64,000 nucleotides of DNA from positions 27,339-91,338 of the forward strand of contig JBILLS010000001.1 of NCBI GenBank assembly GCA_044375955.1, written 5' to 3'. This DNA is from Candidatus Nanopelagicales bacterium. Its GTDB lineage: Bacteria; Actinomycetota; Actinomycetes; S36-B12. Within the stretch, counting starts at the first letter, position 1. Each line of letters opens with the position of its first letter. Positions 42,140 through 51,872 of the stretch are shown piece after piece. The notes under the pieces were generated by a model that made no database searches, was not told where the DNA came from, and saw only the letters and a list, made by a program, of their open reading frames with translations. The position numbers were made by a program, and so were the translations under genes.

Positions 42140-44151
42140 AACCCACGGTGCACTCGGGACAGACCCGCGCGATGCGAGGTCCGCTCGCACTCGTCTCCGC
42201 GGCCCTGATCGCCCTCGCGGTCTCCTCCACCGCCGTGGGCCTGGTGCTCGCGGGCGGCGCCTACACACAACCACCGACTGGACTTCCCGACGCGGGACCG
42301 ATCGTGGTCTGGGGCGCCTCCCTGCTACGGGTGCTCACCGATGCGGCCGCGGTGACCACCATCGGTTTCCTGCTCTCCGCCGCTTTCCTGACTCCGTCCG
42401 GCAAGGACGGCGTGATCTCGCGGGAGGGGCGCAGGGATGTGGTGCGCGCGAGTTGGGCGGCATTCACCTGGGCCGTCCTCGCGATCACGCAGCTCTTCCT
42501 CGTCCTGGCCGAGGTGCTCGGGCTGCCGCTCACCGACGCGGTGGATCCAGCGGTCGTGTCCACCTACGCGAATGAACTTCCGATCACGCGCGCACTCCTG
42601 GTCATGGCCATCCTCGCCGTCATCGTCGGTGTTGCCGCACTAACCACATCCACCTCAGGTGCCTCCGCTGCTTGGTTGGTGGTGGCGATCCTCGCCGCTG
42701 TACTTCCCGCGCTCGCTGGACATGCTGCCGGACTCGGCGACCACGAATTGGCGGTCACGGCGGGTGTCGCGCACGTGATCGCAGCCGTGCTGTGGATCGG
42801 TGGACTGATCGCACTCACGGCACACGCGCTCCGACGTGACATCCCCCTTCGCCGGGCGGTGCAGCGATTCTCACCCATCGCACTCACCGCGATCATCCTG
42901 TTGGCCGTAAGCGGACTCGCGAACGCCTACACCCGCCTTGATGGACCGGTGCAACTGTTCACCACCGGCTACGGACAGGTCACCATGATGAAGGTCGGCC
43001 TCATCATCGGTCTGGCCGTCATCGGATTCGTGATGCGCTCCCGCATCATCCCGTCACTGGATTCCACGCCTCGTCTCGCTGCATTCGCACGCGTGGCCGG
43101 GATCGAGTTGACGATCATGGCGATGGCGGTGGGGCTCGGTGTGGCCCTGGCGACGAGTCCGTACCCGCGTGAGGAGCAACTCCTCCCCTCCTACGGCGAG
43201 ACCCTGCTCGGCTTCGCCTATCCGCCACCTCCGACGATCGAGGCGGTTGCCTTCGGTGGTCGGATCGACCCGCTCTTCCTCACCCTGAGCCTGGTGGCCG
43301 CGGCGCTCTACATCATCGGGTACGTGCGCGTACGGCAGCGCGGGGATTCCTGGCCGATCATGCGCCTCGTCTGCTGGCTGGGGGGTATCTCCATCGTCAT
43401 CTGGTGCACGAACGCCGGAATCTCCACCTACGCGATGGTGTCCGTGGGTCTGCACATGGTGCAGCACATGACCTTGACCATGCTCGCTCCGATCCTGCTC
43501 GTCCTCGGCGCCCCCGCGACTCTCGCGCTACGTGCCCTCAAGCCCGCCACGGGTAACGAGCGCGGCCCACGCGAGTGGCTGGTCTGGTTCCTGCACAGCC
43601 CCATCACGCGCGTTCTCACCAATCCGTTCTACGTCTTCGTCGTATACGTGATCGGTCTCTACGGCCTCTACTTCACTCCCGCATTCGGCTGGTTGATGGG
43701 CTCTCACGTGGGTCACGTCGTGATGCAGACGCACTTCCTGATCAGCGGATACCTCTTCTACTGGGCGCTCATCGGTATCGACCCACGTCCCCGACCGCTT
43801 CCCTACTGGGGCCGGATGATGCTTCTGCTGCTGGCACTTGGAATCCACGGGTTCTTCGCTGTCATCATGATGATGGGCAGCACGCCGATGGCGGTCGAGT
43901 GGTTCGGGATCGTCCGACCCGCGTGGGTCACCGACCCGCTGCAGGACACCCTCCTCGGTGGTCAGGTTGCCTGGGGGCTGTCCGAGATCCCCACCCTGAT
44001 CGTGCTCATCGTGATCGCAGTCCAGTGGGCGCGCAGTGATGAACGTGATGCCGTTCGCCGCGATCGCCAGGCCGACCGCGATGACGACGCGGAACTACGC
44101 GCCTACAACGAGCGGCTGGCGCGGATGGGTGAGCGCCAGTCCTCAGGCTGA
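42136..44151 (+). CDS. CopD-family / CtaG-like cytochrome oxidase assembly fusion membrane protein
   Basis: 671 aa and polytopic. The N-terminal half is CopD-like. The C-terminal half (..MVQHMTLTMLAPILLVLG..HFLISGYLFYW..) is CtaG/caa3-assembly-like. The start overlaps the copC stop. Confidence 0.85.
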   Translation: MKPTVHSGQTRAMRGPLALVSAALIALAVSSTAVGLVLAGGAYTQPPTGLPDAGPIVVWGASLLRVLTDAAAVTTIGFLLSAAFLTPSGKDGVISREGRRDVVRASWAAFTWAVLAITQLFLVLAEVLGLPLTDAVDPAVVSTYANELPITRALLVMAILAVIVGVAALTTSTSGASAAWLVVAILAAVLPALAGHAAGLGDHELAVTAGVAHVIAAVLWIGGLIALTAHALRRDIPLRRAVQRFSPIALTAIILLAVSGLANAYTRLDGPVQLFTTGYGQVTMMKVGLIIGLAVIGFVMRSRIIPSLDSTPRLAAFARVAGIELTIMAMAVGLGVALATSPYPREEQLLPSYGETLLGFAYPPPPTIEAVAFGGRIDPLFLTLSLVAAALYIIGYVRVRQRGDSWPIMRLVCWLGGISIVIWCTNAGISTYAMVSVGLHMVQHMTLTMLAPILLVLGAPATLALRALKPATGNERGPREWLVWFLHSPITRVLTNPFYVFVVYVIGLYGLYFTPAFGWLMGSHVGHVVMQTHFLISGYLFYWALIGIDPRPRPLPYWGRMMLLLLALGIHGFFAVIMMMGSTPMAVEWFGIVRPAWVTDPLQDTLLGGQVAWGLSEIPTLIVLIVIAVQWARSDERDAVRRDRQADRDDDAELRAYNERLARMGERQSSG

Positions 44152-44152
44152 T

Positions 44153-44168
44153 ATACCCTGGGGGGTAT
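44153..44168 (+). promoter_or_regulatory. CsoR/CstR-family-like operator ATACCC-TGGG-GGGTAT overlapping the start codon of the rhodanese gene
   Basis: Read directly: 6-bp arms, 4-bp spacer, 2 nt after the copD stop. It resembles the GC-core TACCC...GGGTA pseudo-palindromes bound by DUF156 repressors, as I recall them. Confidence 0.45.
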
Positions 44169-44583
44169 GAGACGTATCGCCCTCGCACTGCTGGCCGCCG
44201 CAGCCCTGACCGGGACCCTGACGTCGTGTTCGTCGGACACCGGGCAGCCGGCGGCAGCCGCCACACAGCCGGAGCGGGTGGGCGTGTCGGAATTCGCGGC
44301 CGTCATCGCCGCCCCGGGAACCGTGATCATCGATGTGCGCACTCCCCAAGAATTCGCTGAGGGACACATCGAGGGTGCCGTGAACATCCCAGTCGAGAGC
44401 CCCGACTTTCGCGACAACGTCGCTCAACTCGATCCGAACCTCACCTACGCCGTGTACTGCCGCAGCGGGAACAGGTCACAGGGCGCGGTGGACGAGATGG
44501 CCAGCGTGGGCCTCACGGACATCTACGAACTCGAGAGTGGCACCGTCGGCTGGTCCGATGCGGGTCAGCCTCTCGTGCAGTAG
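44167..44583 (+). CDS. Rhodanese-domain lipoprotein (exported sulfurtransferase-like)
   Basis: Lipobox LTGTLTSC and the rhodanese active-site loop YCRSGNRS. Confidence 0.85.
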   Translation: MRRIALALLAAAALTGTLTSCSSDTGQPAAAATQPERVGVSEFAAVIAAPGTVIIDVRTPQEFAEGHIEGAVNIPVESPDFRDNVAQLDPNLTYAVYCRSGNRSQGAVDEMASVGLTDIYELESGTVGWSDAGQPLVQ

Positions 44584-44598
44584 CGCTACCGTGTTCGG

Positions 44599-45312
44599 GT
44601 GCGCATCGCCATCATCACTCTTGTCCTTGGACTACTCGGCACAGGTACAGCGCACGCGTCCGATGTGACCTTCGACCCCGCACGAGTCGGAGATGCGCGG
44701 CAGGTGATCGTGGTGAACGCCGATTCCTGGCGGGCGACCGAGGGAACACTCATCGCGTACGAGCGCACGGCTGACGGGTGGCGGGTGGTCCAGCCGGAGG
44801 TGCGTGCGCAACTCGGGTACGGCGGGTTGGTGCGCGGGGACCGTCGTCGCCAGGGAACGGGAACCACGCCGACAGGCGTGTACGAGATCCTCAGCGCCTT
44901 CGGTCGCAAACCCGATCCCGGAGCGGCATTGGGCTATCGACGCGTGGATCGCGACGACGCCTGGACCTACAACCCGCGCGTGCCCCGCACCTACAACATC
45001 TACCAGGACGTCGATCGCTCGTGGAAGTCCTATGGGGGCTATGTCGAGGAACTGTGGAACATGGGCATGCAATACGACTACGTGACCGTGCTCGACTACA
45101 ACCTTCCACGTGGACCTATCACCACGAATGCACGTGGCGTGCGCGTGACCGATGCGCCCGGAGATACTCGACGCGGTGGGGGGATCTTCCTACACGTCGA
45201 TAACGGCAACAAGACGGCGGGGTGCATCGCAGTGAAGCGGTCCGTGATGCGCTCACTCATGACATGGCTCGACCCCGAGGAATCGCCCGTGATCGTGATC
45301 GAGGTCGACTAG
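44599..45312 (+). CDS. L,D-transpeptidase (YkuD) family protein, secreted
   Basis: Signal peptide. GGGIFLHVDNGNKTAGCIAV gives the His...Cys catalytic motif of the YkuD fold. GTG start. Confidence 0.8.
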   Translation: MRIAIITLVLGLLGTGTAHASDVTFDPARVGDARQVIVVNADSWRATEGTLIAYERTADGWRVVQPEVRAQLGYGGLVRGDRRRQGTGTTPTGVYEILSAFGRKPDPGAALGYRRVDRDDAWTYNPRVPRTYNIYQDVDRSWKSYGGYVEELWNMGMQYDYVTVLDYNLPRGPITTNARGVRVTDAPGDTRRGGGIFLHVDNGNKTAGCIAVKRSVMRSLMTWLDPEESPVIVIEVD

Positions 45313-46085
45313 AACTCGACGATGTCCCGGAGGGCGGGGAATTCCGAGCGCCAGGTTCGACCCACATCGGGATCGACGGACGCACGGATGATCTGCTCCC
45401 CCTCACCGCCGTGGGCAACGGTGGTCCCGAGTGGATCGATCACCACGGAGTGCCCACCGAGTGCCAGGCCGTTCTGGTCACCCACCTGATTACTCGCCAC
45501 CACCCAGGCCTGGTTTTCGATCGCGCGGGCCGGAAGTAACGCGTCCCAGTGCCCGATGCGTTTGGTCGGCCATCCCGACGAGATGAGGAATGCCTCGGCC
45601 CCAGCTTGGGTCATCGCTCGGAACATCTCCGGGAAGCGCAGGTCGTAGCACGTCGCGATCCCGGTCAGTCCCAACGGCGTCTCCACCACCACGAGTTCGG
45701 TTCCCGGAGCCATCGTTTCGTGCTCACCCGCGTAGGTGAAGACGTGGATCTTCCGATAGAACGCGACCAACTGCCCTGACGGATCGAACAGCACACTCGT
45801 GTTGTGCAGGACGTCGCCATCACGCTCGCAGAAGGATCCGCCGTGAAGCCAGATCGCATGCGTGCGGGCCAGCATGGCCAGAGCACCCACCAGGGGTCCG
45901 TCCAGCGGCTGGGCGTGCGTGCGTGCGGCCGCCAGGTCGAAGGCGGTGATGTGCCACAACTCCGGGAGCACCATGAGGTCTGTGCCGGGTGCCTCCCGCT
46001 CGATCAGTGAAAGGACCCGCTCCACTCGGTGGGCCACCGATTCCGAGGTGGAGCAGTCGATCTGAAGCACCGTGATCCGGACCAC
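45309..46085 (-). CDS. Carbon-nitrogen hydrolase (nitrilase superfamily) protein
   Basis: ...LPELW...(K)...ATCYDLRFPE...; Glu-Lys-Cys triad context. Confidence 0.85.
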   Translation of the reverse strand: MVRITVLQIDCSTSESVAHRVERVLSLIEREAPGTDLMVLPELWHITAFDLAAARTHAQPLDGPLVGALAMLARTHAIWLHGGSFCERDGDVLHNTSVLFDPSGQLVAFYRKIHVFTYAGEHETMAPGTELVVVETPLGLTGIATCYDLRFPEMFRAMTQAGAEAFLISSGWPTKRIGHWDALLPARAIENQAWVVASNQVGDQNGLALGGHSVVIDPLGTTVAHGGEGEQIIRASVDPDVGRTWRSEFPALRDIVEF

Positions 46086-46115
46086 GGGGGAACGCTATCC
46101 CGCTAGCGTGGCCGC

Positions 46116-46898
46116 ATGTCCGAGATCGTGGGTATCTGGCGTTCATCCGTCGACGACGTGATCACGCTCGTCGAGCCCCTCGATGAGGTGGACTGGGCGC
46201 GTGCAACACCCTGTCCGGGATGGACGGTCGCCGACATTGTGGCCCACATCATCGACCTCGACTCCTTCTTCCTGGGCGACCCACGGATCGATCACACTCC
46301 CGACTGGGATTCGCTCCCGCACGTCACACGTGATGGGCAACGCATCACGGAGATCGGAGTCGATGCCCGGCGCGGTCGTTCCCGCGAGGAGCTGCTGGCG
46401 GAACTCCGAGACGTCGTGGATCGCCGTCACGCCCAACTACGTGATGCCGACATGCAGGCCACGGTGCAGTGGTTCCTCGGTGAGATCCCGGTCGAGCAGT
46501 TGATGCAGATGCGGACCTTCGATATCTGGGTGCACGAGCAGGACATCCGTGATGCCGTGGGGCGCCCAGGTGGCATGGATTCGGCGGGGGCTCAGGTTGC
46601 CTGGGCGCGTGTGCGCGACACGATGCCGTTCATCTGGGGCAAGAAGATCGGAGCCCAGGGATCCCTGGAGCTGCTCGTCACCGGGCCCGGGCCTTCCGGC
46701 AGATATGTGATCGCCGTCGACGGCGGGCGCGCACGCTACGTCGACGATGCGCACGCAGACGTACGGATCGAGATCACATGGGCGGATCTCATCGCTCGGG
46801 CCGGTGGCAGGAAGTCGGTGGACGAGATCGATACGACCATCAGCGGGGATGCGGACACCGGTCGACGTTTCCTCGAGGCTCTGACCTTCACTCCATAG
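46116..46898 (+). CDS. Mycothiol-dependent maleylpyruvate-isomerase-like (DinB/MDMPI_N) protein
   Basis: ...DWARATPCPGWTVADIVAHI...FDIWVHEQDI... is the TIGR03083-type pattern. Confidence 0.75.
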   Translation: MSEIVGIWRSSVDDVITLVEPLDEVDWARATPCPGWTVADIVAHIIDLDSFFLGDPRIDHTPDWDSLPHVTRDGQRITEIGVDARRGRSREELLAELRDVVDRRHAQLRDADMQATVQWFLGEIPVEQLMQMRTFDIWVHEQDIRDAVGRPGGMDSAGAQVAWARVRDTMPFIWGKKIGAQGSLELLVTGPGPSGRYVIAVDGGRARYVDDAHADVRIEITWADLIARAGGRKSVDEIDTTISGDADTGRRFLEALTFTP

Positions 46899-47072
46899 AG
46901 ATGACGAGTAGTTCGACCGATTGATCGGAGAGGCTCTTGGCGACACTGTCACGCGCCCACCAAACCAATCCACCATCGATCGCGCAGACGGTCACTGGAC
47001 ATGATCGGTCTTTGCGGTCATCAGGTGACTTCTGTGCACTCTGACCCCCTGGATGAGATCCATAATCCGTAG

Positions 47073-47780
47073 GTGAAATCGATCCGCGTCTTCCACCTGG
47101 ATGACCACGAGGTGGTGCGCAGGGGGCTTGCTGCACTGGTGGCCCTCGAGGCCGATATGGACGTGGTCGGGGAGGCCTCCACGGTCGCCGAAGCGATGCT
47201 GCGGATCCCCGCGACGCGGCCGCATGTCGCTGTTCTCGATGTGCGCTTACCGGATGGGAGCGGCATCGATGTCTGTCGCGCGCTGCGCGACATGGATGTG
47301 CCATGCCTGATGCTCACCACGTACCGAGGAGATCAAGACCTCTGTGACGCGATCCTGGCCGGTGCTTCCGGGTACATGCTCAAGGACAGTCGCGCAGGTG
47401 AGTTGATCACAGCCATACGTCACGTCGCCACGGGTGTGCGCTTGCTCGATCCAGCCGTGGCCCCGCTTCTCCTCGAGCGAATCCGCAATGGCACACGCCC
47501 CGACCCGCGCCTCGAGACCCTTTCCGACCAGGAGCGTCGCATCCTCGAACTCATAGGTTCCGGTATGACGAATCGCCAGATCGGGGAGAACATGCACCTT
47601 GCGGAGAAGACCGTGAAGAACTACGTCTCCAGCCTGCTCGCGAAACTCGGCATGGAGCGACGAACACAAGCCGCGACGTTCGTTACCCGAATCAATATCG
47701 ACCAGAGGAATCACAACGGTGATCGTCGGTCACCCCGGGTGTCCGCATCGCTGTCCCTGGCAAACCCGCGAGCGTCCTAA
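47073..47780 (+). CDS. NarL/LuxR-family response regulator (orphan)
   Basis: Receiver with HLDDHE, VLDVRLPDG, LTT, YMLKD, plus a LuxR HTH (LSDQERRILELIGSGMTNRQIGENMHLAEKTVKNYV). GTG start. Confidence 0.85.
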   Translation: MKSIRVFHLDDHEVVRRGLAALVALEADMDVVGEASTVAEAMLRIPATRPHVAVLDVRLPDGSGIDVCRALRDMDVPCLMLTTYRGDQDLCDAILAGASGYMLKDSRAGELITAIRHVATGVRLLDPAVAPLLLERIRNGTRPDPRLETLSDQERRILELIGSGMTNRQIGENMHLAEKTVKNYVSSLLAKLGMERRTQAATFVTRINIDQRNHNGDRRSPRVSASLSLANPRAS

Positions 47781-47834
47781 GCCGCACGTCCCCCGGGACA
47801 TGATTCCCACCGGGGTCGGTGCCACACTCCACCC

Positions 47835-48794
47835 ATGGCGAGCGGATCAGGGGTCGATGTCCGCGGAATCGTCGAAGCACCCATGGCACGGGTCGCGCCC
47901 CCGCTGATCACGCTCTGGATCCTGTGGGGCTCGACGTACCTCGGTATCGCGCTCGTCGTGCAGACGATGCCCCCGATCCTGGCTAACGGTCTCCGCTTCC
48001 TTGCCGCCACCCTGATCCTCGCTCTCGCCGTCATCGTGATGCAGGGCCTTCACGTCTTACGGATCAGTGCGCGGCAACTACGTGGCACAGCCGTGATGGG
48101 GGTGATGTTGCTCGGAGTCGGGATTGGAACGCTCTCGCTCGCGCAGCGTTATGTGCCATCCGGCATCGCCGCGCTGATCGTGTCCGCGATGCCCCTCTGG
48201 ATCGTCATATTCCGCTTCCGCGCGGGCGATCGCCCGTCACGACTCACCCTTGCAGGTGTCGCCGTGGGCATCATCGGGCTGACACTGATGCTGCTCCCCG
48301 GTGGCACGACACCTGTGTCCGGCTCGGACCGCGACGTGTTCCTCTGGTGCCTGGCGATCACGGTGAGCTCCTTCCTCTGGGCGCTCTTCTCGTGGCGATC
48401 GACCAGGTACGACCTACCCACCAACCCCCTGACGACAACGGTCTACGAATTGGGCGCCGCGGGTGTCGTGCTGACGCTCCTGGGCCTCATCATCGGGGAA
48501 CGTGTCGACGTATCCGAGTTCTCGTCTGCGTCCTGGTGGGGATGGGGCTTCCTCGTCTTCGCATCCGTGGTGGCGTACGTCTGCTACGTCTGGCTGTTGA
48601 ACAACGCGGCCATGTCCCTGGTAGCCACGTACGCCTACGTCAATCCAGTCGTTGCCGTGTTCCTGGGGTGGTTGATCATCGGTGAGCCAATCTCCCGGGA
48701 CGTGATCATCGGACTGACCATCGTCGTGGGCGGCGTCGTGCTCGTCGTCAGCGGTGAGCGGCGTAGGCCGGCGGTTATCGAAGAGCCAATCTGA
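47835..48794 (+). CDS. EamA/DMT-family transporter
   Basis: 10-TM pattern with two EamA repeats. The real start may be ATG 47883 (MARVAPPLITLWILWGSTY). Confidence 0.8.
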   Translation: MASGSGVDVRGIVEAPMARVAPPLITLWILWGSTYLGIALVVQTMPPILANGLRFLAATLILALAVIVMQGLHVLRISARQLRGTAVMGVMLLGVGIGTLSLAQRYVPSGIAALIVSAMPLWIVIFRFRAGDRPSRLTLAGVAVGIIGLTLMLLPGGTTPVSGSDRDVFLWCLAITVSSFLWALFSWRSTRYDLPTNPLTTTVYELGAAGVVLTLLGLIIGERVDVSEFSSASWWGWGFLVFASVVAYVCYVWLLNNAAMSLVATYAYVNPVVAVFLGWLIIGEPISRDVIIGLTIVVGGVVLVVSGERRRPAVIEEPI

Positions 48795-49854
48795 ACTTGT
48801 GCGCCACTTCGATGAAACGATCATTCGCCTCGGTCTCGGCGACGGTCACGCGCACACCCTCCCCCGGGAATGTCCGCACCGTGATTCCCTGCTCCTCGCA
48901 GGCCGCCGCGAATTCCGCTGAGAGCTCCCCCAGCCGCAACCACACGAAGTTGGCGAAACTCGGGTGAAGTTCCCAGCCCTGCTCCTGCAAGGCTCCCGTC
49001 ACGCGCCGCCGCTCGTTCACGAGGGCGTGCACGCGCTCGAAGAGCTCGTCTTCGGCCTCCAGGGAGACCAGCGCTGCCTCCTCCGCGATGGAGGACACCC
49101 CGAAAGGCAGGGCCGTCTTGCGCAGCGCTTCGGTCACCTCGGGGTGGGCGATCGAGAAGCCCACGCGCAGACCGGCAAGGCCGTACGCCTTGGAGAAGGT
49201 GCGGAGCAGAACCACGTTGTCGTGCCGGCGGGCGACGGAGACGCCATCGTGGATGTCGTCATCACCGATGAACTCGGCGTAGGCCTCGTCGAGAACGACG
49301 ACCAAGTCTGAGGGCACCCGCTCGAGGAATTCCTCGAGTTCCAGCGCTGTCACGGCCTGGCCGGTGGGGTTGTTGGGTGAGCAGATGAAGATCACGCGGG
49401 TCCGCTCGGTGACGGCCGCAGCCATCGCATCGAGGTCATGACGTTCATCGGGCAGGAGCGGCACCTGCACGCTGACCGCACCTGCCATCTGCGTCCAGAT
49501 CGGATAAGACTCGAAACTGCGCCAGGCGTAGATGACCTCGTCACCCGCCGACGCCGCAGACATGATGACCTGTCCCACGAGCGAGACGCTGCCGGTCCCC
49601 AGCGCGATGTGATCCTCGGACACGTGGAACCTCTGCGCAAGCGCCGCGACCAGACGACGATTGAACGGATCCGGGTAACGATGAATGTGCGAGGCCGCGT
49701 CAGCGATCGCGGCCTTCACACTCGGCAACGGGGGATACGGATTCTCATTGCTGGAGATCTTGTAGGTGACGATGTCCGTGCGCTCCGCCGGACGCTGACC
49801 CGCCTTGTATGCAGGCAGGCTCGCGATATCCGAACGCAGGCGAGGGGCGGGCAC
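48775..49854 (-). CDS. Histidinol-phosphate/aromatic aminotransferase (HisC family)
   Basis: ...YKISSNENPYPPLPSV...CSPNNPTG...TFSKAYGLAGLRVG... The 3' end overlaps the EamA gene by 20 nt. Confidence 0.85.
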   Translation of the reverse strand: MPAPRLRSDIASLPAYKAGQRPAERTDIVTYKISSNENPYPPLPSVKAAIADAASHIHRYPDPFNRRLVAALAQRFHVSEDHIALGTGSVSLVGQVIMSAASAGDEVIYAWRSFESYPIWTQMAGAVSVQVPLLPDERHDLDAMAAAVTERTRVIFICSPNNPTGQAVTALELEEFLERVPSDLVVVLDEAYAEFIGDDDIHDGVSVARRHDNVVLLRTFSKAYGLAGLRVGFSIAHPEVTEALRKTALPFGVSSIAEEAALVSLEAEDELFERVHALVNERRRVTGALQEQGWELHPSFANFVWLRLGELSAEFAAACEEQGITVRTFPGEGVRVTVAETEANDRFIEVAHKFRLALR

Positions 49855-49885
49855 GGAAGAAGGGTACGCATGGCACTATGGATGC

Positions 49886-51115
49886 ATGAAGCGCATCCTC
49901 ACCTTTGCCCTTGCATGCCTGCTTTCGGTCGGACTCGCGGCACCCGCATCCGCCGAGGACCTTCGCGGAAGCACCGTCTCCGACACGTTGTTCGGGTTGC
50001 ACGTGAAGGGTGTGCAGCAGGGTGTGTGGCCGTCGATCGAGTTCGGCTCATTGCGCCTGTGGGATAACGACACGACGTGGGCTGCCATCGAGAAGTCCCC
50101 CGGAGTCTTCGACTGGACCACGCTGGACACCGCCGTGGCGACCGCGCAGAAGAACGGGGTCACCGACATCCTCATGGTCCTCTCCGGCACCCCGGCCTGG
50201 GCGAGCACGAGCACCTGCCAACCCCCCGCCTGTCTGCCCTCCCCCGGCGCAGCCGGCATGCCCCGGGATCTGGCCCTCTGGGACAACTGGGTCACCCAGG
50301 TGGTGACGCGGTACAAGGGCCGGATCACGAGCTATCAGCCGTGGAACGAAGCCAACCTGCAGACCTTCTTCGAGGGGACCCCCGCGCAGATGGCCGACAT
50401 CACGGCGCGCACCTACCGCATCGTCAAGTCCATCGATCCGTCGGCGACGGTTGTGGCACCGAGTACGGGAACCCGGCTGGGGGCGGCCTTCAAGCGCTTC
50501 TACCCGCCGTTCCTCAAGGAACTCGGTGAGCGCAACTGGCCCATCGACGTCTGGGCGGTCCACAGCTACCCGGCCAGCCTCGGGACACCGCGCGAACGCT
50601 CCGCACTCGCGGCGGGATTCATCCAGACCCTGCGGGACGCAGGGGCACCCGAGAAGCCCATCTGGGATACCGAGAACAACTACGGACTCAAGGGTCCGGG
50701 TCCGGCGAATCCGGACGTCGACATCGAGGGCAAGCGCGCCGAGGATTGGACCGCGGTGTCCTTCCTCGATTCACTGCAACTCGGCATCTCGCGTATGTAT
50801 ATGTACGTGTGGGAGCCACCGAACGACCTGTGGGGAATCCAGTTCTACAACGGAACTGTCGGTGCCCGAGCGATGCAGACGATGCAGGACTGGATCGTGG
50901 GCGCCGTATACACGGGATGCACACAGCAAGGTGCCAGGGTCACCTGCCGGTTCACCAAGGACGGTGAGCAGCGGTGGATCGTCTACTCCACCCAGGGCAA
51001 GAAGAAGTTCGCTCTCCCACCGCGTTTCGATCAGGTCTGCAAGCTCGACGGGACGTGCAAGCCGATCCGCAAGGATCGCGTACGGACCTACAGCCCGGTT
51101 CTCGTGACGCCCTGA
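49886..51115 (+). CDS. Secreted glycoside-hydrolase-like protein (clan GH-A TIM-barrel-like)
   Basis: Signal peptide MKRILTFALACLLSVGLAAPASA. YQPWNEANL resembles the NEP acid/base strand of GH-A enzymes. The family is not resolved. Confidence 0.55.
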   Translation: MKRILTFALACLLSVGLAAPASAEDLRGSTVSDTLFGLHVKGVQQGVWPSIEFGSLRLWDNDTTWAAIEKSPGVFDWTTLDTAVATAQKNGVTDILMVLSGTPAWASTSTCQPPACLPSPGAAGMPRDLALWDNWVTQVVTRYKGRITSYQPWNEANLQTFFEGTPAQMADITARTYRIVKSIDPSATVVAPSTGTRLGAAFKRFYPPFLKELGERNWPIDVWAVHSYPASLGTPRERSALAAGFIQTLRDAGAPEKPIWDTENNYGLKGPGPANPDVDIEGKRAEDWTAVSFLDSLQLGISRMYMYVWEPPNDLWGIQFYNGTVGARAMQTMQDWIVGAVYTGCTQQGARVTCRFTKDGEQRWIVYSTQGKKKFALPPRFDQVCKLDGTCKPIRKDRVRTYSPVLVTP

Positions 51116-51116
51116 T

Positions 51117-51872
51117 TCACCGCTCTTCGCCGACGGAGTTACCACCGTCGACGGTCAGCACCTGCCCGGTGATGTAACCGGCGTCCGGTGAGCAGAGCAT
51201 GGCCACGGCATGCGCCACCTCACGTGCTGTGCCACTGCGTCCCGCAGGAACGGTGAGTCCCTGCGCCGCCTCATGCGCCGTCTGTGACCCGGTGGAAATC
51301 CACCCGGGAGCTACGGCATTGCATGTGATGCCGTGCTGGGCTTCATCCACGGCGATCGCGCGCGTCAATCCGACGAGACCGGCCTTCGCCGCGCCGTAGG
51401 AGATCTCCCTGCGCATCGCCATCACCGGGCCGGTCACACTGGCGATGTTCACAATGCGGCCGTAGGAGTTCTGCCTCATGTGGGGGACGACCGCACGGCA
51501 CATGTGGAAAGCGGTGGTGAGATTGCGATCCAGACCCCCGCGCCAGGTGAAGTCGTCGGTGTCGACGACGTCTCCACCGAGGGTCGTCGTGGTGATACTC
51601 GCCATGCCCGCGTTGTTGACCAGGATCCCGATCGGCCCGACGCCGGTGATAGCCCGGCCGACCACGGTCTCCACATCCGCGATGTTCGTGAGGTCGGCAA
51701 CCAGACCTACGGCCTGTCCACCCCCGGCTGAGAGCTCGTGCGCGCGCTCGAGTATGCGGTCGGTGGTCGAAGTGACCACAACGGGGATTCCTTGGGCAAC
51801 CAAACTCTGTGCGACCGCGAATCCGATACCCGAGGGGGAACCGGCCCCGGTGACGATGGCGCCCCAGGTCAT
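51117..51872 (-). CDS. SDR-family oxidoreductase (FabG-like)
   Basis: VTGAGSPSGIG, NNAG and YGAAKAG motifs. The ATG overlaps the upstream aminotransferase stop (ATGA). Confidence 0.85.
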   Translation of the reverse strand: MTWGAIVTGAGSPSGIGFAVAQSLVAQGIPVVVTSTTDRILERAHELSAGGGQAVGLVADLTNIADVETVVGRAITGVGPIGILVNNAGMASITTTTLGGDVVDTDDFTWRGGLDRNLTTAFHMCRAVVPHMRQNSYGRIVNIASVTGPVMAMRREISYGAAKAGLVGLTRAIAVDEAQHGITCNAVAPGWISTGSQTAHEAAQGLTVPAGRSGTAREVAHAVAMLCSPDAGYITGQVLTVDGGNSVGEER

